A stretch of DNA of 64,000 nucleotides from Spironucleus salmonicida (lineage: Eukaryota): contig NC_090599.1 in the NCBI RefSeq assembly GCF_000497125.1, forward strand, positions 1,488,001-1,552,000, in the 5' to 3' direction. Shown piece by piece: positions 40,868-53,972 of this stretch. The translations under genes and the position numbers were made by a program. Below the pieces are notes generated by a model. The model was not told the DNA's origin. It searched no databases and saw only the letters and a list, made by a program, of their open reading frames with translations. Position 1 is the first letter of the stretch. Each line of letters starts with the position of its first letter.

Positions 40868-42493
40868 TCAGAATAATGGCTTGACAAATCTAGGAGGAAC
40901 ATTCATAGCAGTTTCTCTTTCATCAAGAAGATTTTCATCTCTCGATTTGACTTCAGCTTCAAAAGCAGCAAGTTCAGCACCATATTTTTCTTAATTTTAT
41001 TTCATCTCCCAATAGCGCTTGATAACAGCTTTCTTTTCTTCAATATAACCTCTAATCATGCTTACTTCCCAATCCTCAAGAGGTCTCTAGTTAGGATGTT
41101 TCTTCATAAATTCCTTAAACTCTTATGTAGCCTTTTCATCTTCGGTTAAAGGTAAAACATACGATTTCTTACCTCTACGGGCACGATCACCCTCATCAAT
41201 TCTTGAGATGAAGTTATCCTTTGTATAAACTACATCGGTTTTAGGATCATTCTATGGGAAAACTCTTCTGTTTATAGAACCGTATACATGTCCAAAGTTA
41301 ATTTCAGGATCTTCGTCACATCTGATAGAACCAAAACGTTTAGTTTTATTTTCACCCATTATTTCGGCACGCTTAGTGAGAGCCAAATCGGTTGCATGAG
41401 AATACTCAGAGATTTTCTCGTTACGAGAACGAACAACACCTTCATCACGATCAATTCTGATTTGAGCAATTCTATCATTTTCATTCATAACCTTCTTATC
41501 AAATTAAGAAGTAATATTATGAGTATCTAAGCAAGAAGGACGCTCAGGTGCAATAAGAGATTCATTATCGAAAGTTTTACCCTCACGATATTTATCAGGA
41601 ATAATGCAAGTTTTAATTTTACCATTATTTTCATATCTATCAGCAGGAAGAACACCAGTGGAAAGATCGATTTATTTTTCCTTTCTATTCATTTCTCTTT
41701 CCATTTTGTGACGAACGTCATCATCACAAGTTTATTCAGACATAGTGCAGTTCAGCTCGTTTTTAAGTCTAGCAGCTTCGCATTAGCGCTTATAATCATT
41801 ATGTCCAATTTTGCTCATGCATGAACCATCGTGGAAAATCTTTGGAGATACAGGCCTAACCTTATGTGTGGCTACTTTATTGTTTTTAACGTAATCTCTA
41901 TCATTAATCTCGTCCACAAGGCTATCTTTAAACATTCTTTCTCTCGTGTCTCTTTCTTATTGCGCGATTTTTTCCATTTCATCTAATTATTTTATCTTAT
42001 CTAACTACATCTGCTTCCAATTAAGCTTTTAAGACGATGACATGCTAGCGGTCATAGTATTGCCTAATGCTAACTTTCTGTTTAAGGTTTCTTCACACAT
42101 AACTGCTTCGGGTGGAACATACATTTTTTTCTCAGTATTACTAGAAGGCATATAGGCTGATCTATTTAATTCAACATCGTGTTTTTCTTCAGAAAAAGTA
42201 GGTTGATAAGCCTAAGAATGTGTGGGCTCTCTAGGAAGAGTTTATTAGTTTTAAGACTCAGCATGGACCTACATCTCTTAGATAAATCCAGCATATTGTT
42301 TTTTGATGTCTATGATCTTGGCCTGAATGGCACGCTTCTCAGCAGTAGAAGCGGTCTATGATTCGCGCTGTTCGAGACGTTTAAGAAGCTATTCTGCTTC
42401 ATCCATACGACGCTTTGTTAACTAAATGAGCTATGCTGAAGGTTTGAAACGCTTAGTAGTAGAATATCCTGCTAAAGACTGAGTTGAGTTCAT
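40868..42493 (-). CDS. charged hypothetical protein (possibly flagellar/cytoskeletal), 541 aa
   Basis: MNSTQSLAGY...VPPRFVKPLF-TGA; contains track ORF 41252..41488; long C-rich leader. Confidence 0.85.
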
Positions 42494-42596
42494 TTTTAGG
42501 GATGAGTGGAGAAAAAAATTGCGGAAAAAGGAAATGGGATAATATTAACATTATTATATAGTAATTAAAATTGTATTATTATCGATTCGTAGTCAT

Positions 42597-43967
42597 ATGC
42601 TTGAAAAAAAAAGTATATATTTTGGGAAGTTCATCGGGATTAAAGTGTATGGCACACATTTAAATAATAACAATAATATAAAATAGTTCACACTAACTAA
42701 GGATACAAGTACAAACAATTACGAATTTCAAGCACTGAGAAAATTCTTTAACCAACCAGGGTTCTTTATCAACAGTGAAGGCCCAATCGAGTCTAATGTC
42801 AATTTTTCTCGATCAGACCATCCTCTATATTTTGGTTATTACTCCAAACATATTTAAGTTTACCGGTTCAATAAAGGGTAAGGAAAGAGATTTTTCTCAC
42901 GAGGAATTTTACGAAACAATTTTGCTTCAAATGGTGCCATTGTATATTCTTATGGATAAAAAGCACTGCGAGGCGGACCTGCATGTTCCTTCAACTAAGT
43001 GCCTGATTTGAAGCCGAAGCCAGAGTTTCAGAATTTTAAAAATTCACCTTCTTATATAAAAAACTTGGTTTATGATTATAAAAACATATTTATGCTTTCA
43101 TTAATTGATATGAAAAATAGAGAATTGCTGGTTGCTTAAAGTATATTTGATGGTATCATTGCTTCAGGCTACGAAATTCAAGTTTATTCAGTCTCCTTCG
43201 TCTTGATTTAATGTAAAGATGATATAGAGGAAGGCTCTTAGTTATTTTCTGGACCGGATAATATGGATTCAGAGAGAATTAAGTTTAAGAAAATCACATT
43301 TTTTGATCAGATTGAGGATGGTGTTTACATTTATAGCAAAAATTTTCATTACTTTCACCTAGATTACCATAAAATAATATGTGGTAAGTATAAATACGAT
43401 ATGAGTATATTAAGAGAAGTTTTTGATCTTATCCCCAATAATTTCATACTTAGAGTTAATTGTATCGATTCTTTAGATCGAACTGGCGCAGTACTATCAT
43501 ATTATTTCTAACTTTAAGAAAATAATCACTCAACCCGAAAGGATCATGTCACTTGTGGAAATATATTATCATAGCAGTATGCATCGACAAATTCAATGAA
43601 ATAAGATCAACAAGAATTTAATATACGGACGCTGAAGGGTAAGATTTAAGATATTAATACCTGGTTTCTCAGATGGGTACGAAATAATCATTGTGATGGT
43701 AAAGTTTAAGATGGATATACACTGGTTTAATATGAGAATTTAACTTACAAACGTTATTTTACGATCAATATTTGGTATTACTTACTACTCACTTTTTTAG
43801 TAAATATTGCTTCAACATATTTCGTCTTTAAGTATTGCGTATAAACTAAAATTGATCCAATTTTGCCATGTATCGGCTCAGTAATCTTAATCTTAATATT
43901 TTAATATCTTATGGCCATTCTTCTCAGAAATAGTTTAGTTAGTCTACCCCGCTACACTTTTAAGTGA
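42597..43967 (+). CDS. SAC1: SAC1-type phosphoinositide phosphatase with C-terminal TM anchor, 456 aa
   Basis: GKRFFSRG, LRGGP..FNQVPDLKPKP, LRVNCIDSLDRT (CX5RT), LSQQYAST, DGKVQDG, two C-terminal TMs; AGTGA stop. Confidence 0.9.
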
Positions 43968-44140
43968 TGTTTTGCATAATAATTTAGCTATAAGTTTCTT
44001 GTCATCCGTTTGATGGATTTTATATTTTCTCCCTTCTGTTAACTTCCATCAGTGTTTTTAATTTGATTTCTATAAACTAATTAAAAACTGCTCTATTATC
44101 TTTTACTTATTATTAGATATTATATTATATATAATTTAAA

Positions 44141-44779
44141 ATGCGTCCTCAAAATCTTATATTTTAACCACCATGTAGGGCATTTCCGTAAGAATCTATA
44201 AAAGCCCAAGGAGATTCTTAACAACTTTTACTCTTATAGCAACAGAAATTAGAACTAATGGCACTTATTTCAAAGCTTAAGCAGGAAAACATAGCTATCG
44301 AAGCAACGAAAATTTAATAAAAATCTATATTTGAAGGTAAAATTTAAGATGAAAAATAAAATTTGAAGTTAGTTTAAGATAATTTAGATGAAACGAAAAA
44401 TTAGCTTTTAAACGCAGAATCAGAAATTGAAAAACTGAAGTTTTCACTTGAAAATTTTGACCAGTTATAGTTAGAAAAGACTTGTTCACAGGAAGCCAAC
44501 TGTCGCCTTTTTGCAGAAAAACTAACATTATAAAATGAAAATTAACGTCTGAATACCCTCGTAAAGTAATTTTAAAATAAAGCTAAATCAACCGAGAAAG
44601 AGTTGAAAATCGAAAAATAAGTTGCTTTAGAACTAGAAAAAAATGTTGAAGAAATGGAAAAGTACGTTTAGAACAAGGTTTTTGAGGTAAAAAATGAGCT
44701 CGAAGCTTACTACGAAGCAGGTAAAAGTAGCTTTAAAAGGCGAATTATAGAGTTAGAGAAGTAATTGAGTGAAAAATGA
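44141..44779 (+). CDS. coiled-coil protein, 212 aa
   Basis: MRPQNLIF... E/K/Q-rich heptads. Confidence 0.75.
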
Positions 44780-44783
44780 ATGC

Positions 44784-44939
44784 TCAGATTGAGTCACGTT
44801 CCCTATATTTTATTGTTAATTATACTATTTTTCTCTTACATGGATTCGGAAGTTTTTCAGGTAGTTGATCATCTATAGGGGTTTTCTATGTATTTTAAGA
44901 GGATTCCTCGGTGAATGGGTTTTTCAGAAAACTAGGCAT
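44784..44939 (-). CDS. putative 51-aa microprotein
   Basis: AAAAAATG MPSFLKNPFTEESSQ...RERDSI-TGA; stop 4 nt from the convergent neighbour's stop. Confidence 0.4.
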
Positions 44940-45234
44940 TTTTTGAAGTATGCTAATAATGATAGTATATTTATTGAAATATTCATATTTTATTGAATAC
45001 CTATTTATTTCTTAAATAATATATTAGAATTAAAAGGAGCATTGTTGTTTAAACCAGAAAAATATTTTAATATATCTTTTATTATAAAAACGAAAAGGTT
45101 AAAATAATTTATGTAAAAACATTATATGTAAATTTTATAAAGCTATACAGCATCGATAAAATTCAACAAAATAAATACAATAATAAGTTATAATTTAATG
45201 TAATTATTTAAATGAATCGTTCCAACTTCTTTGA

Positions 45235-45495
45235 ATGGGAGCATGTTAGAATACTATTCATATTAAGCCATGTCCTTTAAACGTCTGTGGTGAAATATTA
45301 AATACAGTATGCAAGAGGAAACTTCACTACGAGTTCGAAGATGATTTTTAGTATCAAGTTGCTGTTGAAATTAGTACTGGATCAAAAATACATACTATAA
45401 CTGAGTCAGAAGAAACAGAGTTATTTTATATAGTATCTTGTATGAATGATTCGTTTTCAAAAAGCCTTTAAGGAATTTTGAGTAAAAGTGATTGA
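45235..45495 (+). CDS. small hypothetical protein with MGAC N-terminus, 86 aa
   Basis: MGACQNTIHIKPC...SKSD-TGA; AGTGA overlaps the last codons. Confidence 0.5.
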
Positions 45496-45758
45496 GTTTG
45501 ATCCTGCATTTTAGTTCATATTAAAAATATAATAGAGCTATAATTATATATAATTTTTAAAATACTTTTGCAAATTTTATCATGAAGCTTCATTTATAAA
45601 ACTACAAGATTTTAATATTAAGATAATACTATGTATAGTATAATCTAAAGTTTATATATTGTCTTCTAAATTACTGTTACTCTCTTACTTACTTATTATT
45701 TGACAATAAAATCTTATAATATTATTATATATAAAAGTTATATTATTTATAAAATTTA

Positions 45759-47369
45759 ATGTCCTGGCTTTACTAATCGCCGGCAGTTTCTTTTGATGCA
45801 GGATTTGAGTCAGGAAATTTAGCTTCTGCAGAAAGAGTAGCAGAATTTGAATATGATCTATTTATCTAGCCAGATCATTAAACTTCTACAAGGTTGTGGT
45901 TTTATTTTAGATGTTCTCAGGTTCCAATTAGTCTACCTATTGTTTTTAATATTATTGGAATTTCTAAGACTAAGACAACTTATACTACATAGTAACGAAT
46001 ATTAGTTCGATCTACCTCAAGAACTAAATGGTAAAGAATGCCATAGCCTCAGCAATTTTATACAACATCCACTAAGCATAAATGTTATACATCAACGCCA
46101 GTACTTTCTTTTGTTTTCTAATTTGATAGATAAGAGGAATATTTCTTTGCATTTGGATATCCTTATACATACTCTATGTTATAAAAATTTATCACTAGAA
46201 TATAAGATCATTAACTACCGTTTGTTTCAATAGAAACATTAGGGTTATCTTTTTAGTAGCGGTAGATAAGTTTAATAAATATAGGTCGTCCTCTATTAGC
46301 TAGATACAAAAATGAAAGCAAACCATCATAGCAACATACAGTACTAATTACAGCTAGGTGTCACTCAGGAGAATTTCCTGGATCTTATGTGTGTCATGGA
46401 ATATTAGAATATCTTATGTCTAATAATCCTAAAGCTAAATTTTTAAGATAAAATATTATTTTCAAGATAATACCAATGATTAATGTGGATGGCGTGATGA
46501 ATGGATTTTATAGAACTAATGCTAATGGGTTTGATTTAAATAGAAACTTTTTTGATCCTCCTGCATCATGCCCTGAAGCAATGCTCATTAAAAACTTATT
46601 TGAATCACTAGTGGGTCCAACTCCAGAACAAGATACATATGCATTTGAATCAAACTTTACAAATACAATGCTATTAGAGCTAGCATAAAGTTTAAACTTA
46701 GTTACTGATTAAATAGAATATGAAACTCCTTAGGAACGAGCAAATTCTTCAAATTCTACTAGATCTGATACAAATCGTCCTGTTAATTCATAGTAAAAAT
46801 AAAGACTTTAAACACCTGCTAAAAAGCCACCTATACCAATAATTATAGCCAAACCTTAACAACCGAGTACTAACTCGTGTTAAACTAAATTGGATTTTGT
46901 TATTGATTTACATTCTCATTCAAATATTGCAGGAGGTTTTCTATTTCTTAATCCGGATTCAGGTGTATTTAATAGATAAAAGAGAACATTTTGTGAATAA
47001 GTATTTCCAGCTTTATTGGCTAAAAACTGCTCTACATTTAATTCATTGAACAGTAGTTTTAAAGAGTCAAAAAATACAAGAGAAGGTAGTCTAAGAAGAG
47101 CATTTATGAATATTGCCAAAGATAAGCTCACAGATGAAGCACCTTATGTTTATTGTTTGGAGGTCAGTAATTCTCATGGGCCAGATCCAAAAGAAGGTGG
47201 AAAGGGTGTATTAAAATAAATGTAAAACGAAGATTCAGATGCAGATTAAGAGGATGAAATTGATGAACAAGAGAATTATGTAGCGTATACTCCTGAAAAG
47301 TATATGACTATTGGGGAAAAAATATGCGATAGTCTTTATGATATTTATAGTTAAATATTTAAATAGTGA
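45759..47369 (+). CDS. cytosolic carboxypeptidase (M14D tubulin deglutamylase, CCP6/AGBL4-like), 536 aa
   Basis: FDAGFESGNL, EYDLFIQPD, WFYF, FAFGYPYTY, ARCHSGE, IPMINVDG, GFDLNR, IDLHSH, YCLE; AGTGA stop. Confidence 0.93.
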
Positions 47370-47414
47370 TTCTTCATTAATATATATAAATCTACTTTTT
47401 TAAGAATCTATAAA

Positions 47415-48152
47415 ATGGAGTCTGGAATTACATTTTTAGCATTCTTTAAATTTTCATGTAAGTAGTGGTATTTATGGACTTTTATAATATTAAATTCTGT
47501 ATTAACACTTTTTATAGCTAAAGAAAATCATACTTCACCAGATTCAACGAGGTTAGGTTATCTACTAAAACTCAACTCAATATACTACTTATCACTTTTA
47601 ATTTCAGTTTTGTTTGTACCAATATTATTTTAAGGTGATGGTCGTTTCTATACTTTTTTACTAGGGTCAAATGCTTTGTTTATACTATTTTTTATATCCC
47701 TACTAAATCCATTTTACTTAGTATCCACACATTTTCCATAATTAGAAAACATGTCAAATAATAAATTATTCTTTTTCTCACTGTTTGAACTAACGGCTTA
47801 TTTAACCATGGCATTATTACATATTCTTTGGGGTAGATATTTAGTTTAAGTTAATAAGTTTAATATTTGGTATATTAGTTAAAACTAGGGTTAATTTTAA
47901 ATAACGTGTGCATATTTTACAGCAGTATGCTTAATACCATCATTCTAACTTGTATTCAATGGATTTTTACAACTTCTAATTAGGTTAATAAAAATATATC
48001 AAGATAAAGCTCTATATTAAGGAGAAAATAGTGCTAGTTTTAGAGAAAGTTATCAAGAATACAAGAGATTATTAAAATAGTAAAAAAGAGAGTAAAAATT
48101 ATTAGAAGAAAGATAGCGTAATCGAAATTAACTTAATTTTGAATCTTACTGA
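47415..48152 (+). CDS. multi-pass membrane protein with charged tail, 245 aa
   Basis: about 5 hydrophobic segments, then a coiled-coil tail. Confidence 0.75.
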
Positions 48153-48205
48153 TAATTAAATTTAATTCACATGAGGTATATAATATTTTATTATATAAAT
48201 ACAAA

Positions 48206-48778
48206 ATGTTGTCAAAGGATGAAAAATTAAGTTTCTTAAAATTATACGAAAATTTATCTCATGAGAAAGCAGTAAAGCTTCTTACTGATGATAATTATTA
48301 GCTGTAATTAATTATACACAAACTTTAATTAAATTATGACATAGGTATATAGGAATAAACAGATAAATTACTTTAGTAATGTTAGCAACCAGAAAACTTA
48401 TATTTTATTAAAAATGCACAGTCTTTAATGGAAAATTTAGGCTATTGTGATATAGTTGGCTAAACACTAGCTTATTATAATGCTGGAGAGCATGAATTAT
48501 CAGTTTAAGGTGTTAAGCGGTTGATGAGAGAAATAAATAACAAGTAATTTAAGACAAAAATAACTAAATAATTTTACCAATTTTACGTTAGTCATCATGT
48601 ACTTTAAAATAAAATCCCTGGATCAGTAATAAAAGCACTATTTCTAGAATTTATTTAATAAGAAAAAGAGTTTCTCAATTATACCCAAAAATAGTTAAAT
48701 AGTGTTAAGCTTCGAATGGAAAAACTTGATGAGTACATAACTAAATATGATGCTTTATAGTTATTTGATATGATATGA
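48206..48778 (+). CDS. hypothetical helical protein, 190 aa
   Basis: MLSKDEKLSFLK...LFDMI-TGA. Confidence 0.7.
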
Positions 48779-48784
48779 ATTAAG

Positions 48785-51700
48785 TCACTTTTTAGCATTT
48801 CTTTCTTCCCAAATTTCACTTGTATTTACCATATTCTGTTAAAGTTTAGCATATAAACAATAGTCCAACTTTGTAAGGGTACTGGCTTTAAAAACTAATC
48901 TATTAATTTCACCTAAGAACGGTCTTAGTACAAAATTAACAAAACCTATCTAACTTCCACACAAAAAATCTAAATCTCTTTTGTTGGGATTCAAAATGAG
49001 GTTAGGCGGCCAATTTAATTCTCTCATTATATCTCCTGTAATTCTTTACTCATTGATATAGGAGTAAGCCCAATATTCAGCAACAGGGAAAGAACGGGTG
49101 GGATTTGCTAAGTCTCCAAATTTCATAATGCACTTCATAACAAACCATTTGAATATTTAATCCCTTTAGTTAATTTTGTTGTGTTTAAACCTATCGAAAT
49201 ATTCCATTAAATAATTAGAACTAATTTTTGTAATTTTTTAAACAAAAGGAAAATGGAACGTCATATCTGTTGCCAAGACAAGTTCAATAAACTTAATCCG
49301 AAATTCTCTAAATTGAGGAACCGACCAGTTCAAAAATATAGTGGAAAATTTTGAAACTAATCCCCAGGATAATGAAGCATGTGCCTATTCCATAGGGCCA
49401 ATATCATTGTAAATAATCGCAGCAACATTCTATGAATTAATACAAAATGGATTATCTATACCAGTATGACCAAAATCATGGCAACATGCTGCCATTATTA
49501 AAGAAAATATATCAGTTGGTGAAAGAATAATTTCTCTTTATGAAGCACTTTATTCAAATGAAGTTTATTTCACGAAAGCTGAATATTAAGCATTTATGGC
49601 TAAAATTTACAAAAATACCATTTGTACGAAATCTGCGATATGTAATCTATTGTGATATAATGTAGGTGTATAACCTTATTCTAATTCATATAAACATGCA
49701 AATAATGCAGTATCTGGAATTTGCAATAGCACGTCAATATCCAAATATTTGATTGCCAAAAATGTAACTGCTAGTGCACAATGACCTTTGGACAAATATT
49801 CTATTTATCTAGCATCAAAAGTTGTCCTGAAAAAGTACTATTACACATATTTAAGAAACTTGTCAATATCATACTCTTTAGTTTCAACTTTATGGTAAGT
49901 GTCATTATTCTTTAAAACATCATTTATATATAACAAGACATGATATAGTGAATCTTACAAAATACTTAATTTGCAATGTCCCTACATATCAAACTAATAA
50001 ACAGTATCATGGATTTCAATTTCCGGTAAATTTAAAGGAGTTCGAATATTTTCAGGATATGAATCAGAGAACAACGTCTACATGTAATGATAAACTTACT
50101 AACATTCTTTAATTCGCTCTTAATTCTGCAAATATTTGGTCGTATCGTACTAAATGGCCAAATACTATTTCGAACTTTTATTCGATTTCACGAAACTCGG
50201 ACTAAAACTTTTCATGCTCTATTTTTCTTCAAAAGTATCATTTTCAAGCACAGAAATAATCTCTTCTTCAGTTATTTCTGCTTTTTCTTCAGTATCAAAA
50301 TCTGCGAATTGAGGCTCATTAAATAACATAGTTGGATCAATTTCATCATCAATATCGCTGCATATTTGACTACGCACTTGAATGTCCTAAATTTCAATTT
50401 TATCGATTAAAACAGATTGCGCTAACGTTTACTCGAGCTGGTTTCTGACATCTTCTGGTAGTTTTAAATTTTAAATTTATTATTCAAATATTTGTAAAAC
50501 CGATTGCATGGCTACTATATGTTGTACTACGGGAGAGTGCTTCGCTTGAATCAGTGAATGAGGACGCTATTATGAAAATTAAAGATATGCCTTGTGTAGA
50601 TGCTTATGCTATGATATTTAGCTAAATTTCTATAAAAATGAGAGAATATTTGCATCCTCGGCATAGTTAAAACGGTCTGGGAGATACTGATTTTATATTT
50701 TAACAATAGGTTGGTAAAAATCAAGTAAGTCGCTTATATAATCTTATTTTTACTAGTCGTTTTAGTTATAAAAGTTATCTAAATCGCCAATATCAATAGT
50801 CTTTTTCTTAGTTTTTATTTCAGGAGGTTTTCCAAACATGAGCTCTTTAAATTGTTCAGACTTTGTTGCGTACTTATATATGAATTGTAAATATTTATCA
50901 GTATCTTTTTCAAGGAAAACATGAGCTAAATAGCATAATTAGAAGCTTGCCTCGAGTTCAGCACAGTAAAAAATATGATTTATGATCTAACGTTATTTCT
51001 TCCGATAAGTCTACCCTTAGGTATCATTACTTGTTTGCTACTACTTGCTTTACTCAGAAGAGTGCTCCTCCTGTATAAATTCGTCATCATCTTCAAAAAA
51101 CATGGTCTACACGCTATCCTACAACAAATTCAAGTTTTTATCTAACTGGTTAAACGCGTGACGAGAAATACTTAATTCTCCGCTCTGAACGAGGTCCTAA
51201 TATTTAATAAAAATAATATTTGCGGTTGTTGTATCAATAGTGAATTGTGTTTTAAGTAGAAATGAATCCTGTAGAAACAATAAGAGATTCTGACACCTAT
51301 TAAAATAGAGCCACCCCGCAAAGAGTTTAAAAAGAACTTCATTCTCGAAAACATTTTCGATTTTCGGTTTTGAGGAAAGGGACACAAAAATAGCTAAAAC
51401 GGAGCTACAAACAAAGGCAAAAAGGATAGGGACGTACATATATAGTTTATCAAATAGAACAAGTGACTTCTAGGCCTCTACGAGGGCATATGCCCATTTT
51501 ACTTTGTCGTTTGTTGCGGATTAGTATATTTTGATCAAGTTGGACGAATTTTCGAAAATTCTAATTAGGACAATTTAAAGATAAAAATCATAAATAATTA
51601 AAGCTAATGTAATGACATTAAAAATAAAAATGATAAGCGGGAGACCTTAAAATTTTGGAAAAATGTTCTTTGGAAGCTATCTATACAGTCGTTAATCTGG

Positions 51701-52336
51701 TAATTTTGGTTCTCTATCTTCTAAAAATGATTTGGAAATTGATTATTTATTGAGGGATGATTATGGAATTTTATATAAATGGTCTTTCGCTTGAACTTTG
51801 CTTTACCTAGATTTGAATAAAAAGAAATTATGCTAATTATTTACATTCATCATATTTAACATTAAAAATTCGTATATTTGAACTGATAAATAGAGTACAA
51901 AAACTAGCAATTTAAAAATGTTGAAGAAAAATATTTAATAAGCAATTGAGTAATTGATTGGAGCTAGGATTAGCAAGAAAAATACAACTGTTTAAAGAAC
52001 AACTACGTGTGGGAAATATAAAGGTTCTAAGTTCCAGGTTGTTATTATTTAATTATAAGCAAGGTTAAAATAACAGGTTAGCATTAGAATTTATATGCCT
52101 AAGTTGATATAATATATGCATTGCAAACCTACATCTGGTTCAAAATAGTTGTATGATACTATAAGCATAAAAAACTGCTAAATTGTTATAAGTACTGCCC
52201 CAATTAAGGGAGTTATAACTGAAAAAATAACGACTGGCATTTTTAATGTTAGAGTCTTCTGTAAAAATATAGCTATAGCACACCAACCCGATATAGGGCA
52301 GGCTAAGGCAAAAAACTTAGAGAAGTTAGAATCCAT
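48785..52336 (-). CDS. class I cyclic-nucleotide phosphodiesterase with N-terminal 7TM-like region and RGS-like segments, 1183 aa
   Basis: YHNRLHIAD, AACCHDFGHTG, MEQAH, LATDM, MKFGDLANP, QIGFVNF; seven hydrophobic helices N-terminally; AGTGA stop. Confidence 0.93.
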
Positions 52337-52440
52337 TATTACTTAAATATATCATATTAATTTTATATATTTATAAATATATAATTTTTAATATTTTAAT
52401 TTAAATTATTATTAATATACTAAGTAATAAATAAAAATTT

Positions 52441-53292
52441 ATGACATGTGATGATGAGAAGATTACTTAATCATGTTATTAAAATGGTAGTATTTATCTT
52501 CTAATATCTTTAATAGAAATGACATCATATATGTTCCTATTAATATTAACAGTATTCAGAATATTCAAAAAATCACCAGCATATATTTACTTTATATGTG
52601 TATATGCAGTTCTTCGATTTGTAAATTGGCTATTTGAGTTTATTAATAAATACTTTTTACTTCCAGACTTTATTAAACACTAGTTATACATTTTACCTTT
52701 GTTTCTTATTTTGATTATATTTTAAAATTTATTACATTAGTGGATTCAATACCTAACTACATATGAAAGAATCATAAAAATAACTCTCCAAATAACATTG
52801 CTACTTAGTATTATATTGTATATCACTAGTACTATTCTTTATCTTATAAATCACTATTATATTAGTAAGGATCAATATAAATTTTTAGTCGTTGGATATA
52901 CGGGTGTATTTTTTGGGTTACTCTATATTATTGTTGCCATAGTTAATATTTTTATATGGCATAAAATTAGATATCTCCATTTACTAGATATCGAAATATA
53001 TGGCGATGTGAAAATAATAATAAAATTTCTTGCTATTTCAACATTTTCCTTTTTGATCTATTCTGGTTTAATCTTAAGTGAAGGGATATATTAAATAGTA
53101 TCAAGATAGTTTGTATTTCTATGTTGTAATAATGGTAGAACATATACTACATATGAAGGTATAGAATTTTTATTTTTTACATCCTAAATTTTCCCTGTGT
53201 TTACAATGGTTATAGTTAGTATTATAAATTTTATTAAATCATAAAGAAATCCTCCATTTCTAAGATTACCAGGAGACTAAATAAATGAGTGA
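52441..53292 (+). CDS. 7TM protein, possibly GPR137/TOM1-THH1 (DUF1084)-like, 283 aa
   Basis: seven hydrophobic helices; TM2 VLRF, TM3 LYILPLFL..FQNLLHQW, TM7 SQIFP; AGTGA stop; family assignment tentative. Confidence 0.8.
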
Positions 53293-53302
53293 ATATGTAC
53301 GA

Positions 53303-53860
<558 letters not shown>

Positions 53861-53972
53861 TTATATTTTACGAAGTGGTAGAGGATTATTTAATACTATA
53901 TAATAATATAATTTAGAAAGATTTCTGTTTAGGAGATTCGAGTTACTTTATAGGTATAATATAATTATTAAT

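Noticed and set aside
44011-44051. TGATGGA...TCCATCA inverted repeat downstream of SAC1 (possible SECIS or ncRNA)
   Set aside because: Only a 7-bp stem, no SECIS core, and no neighbouring gene needs TGA read-through.
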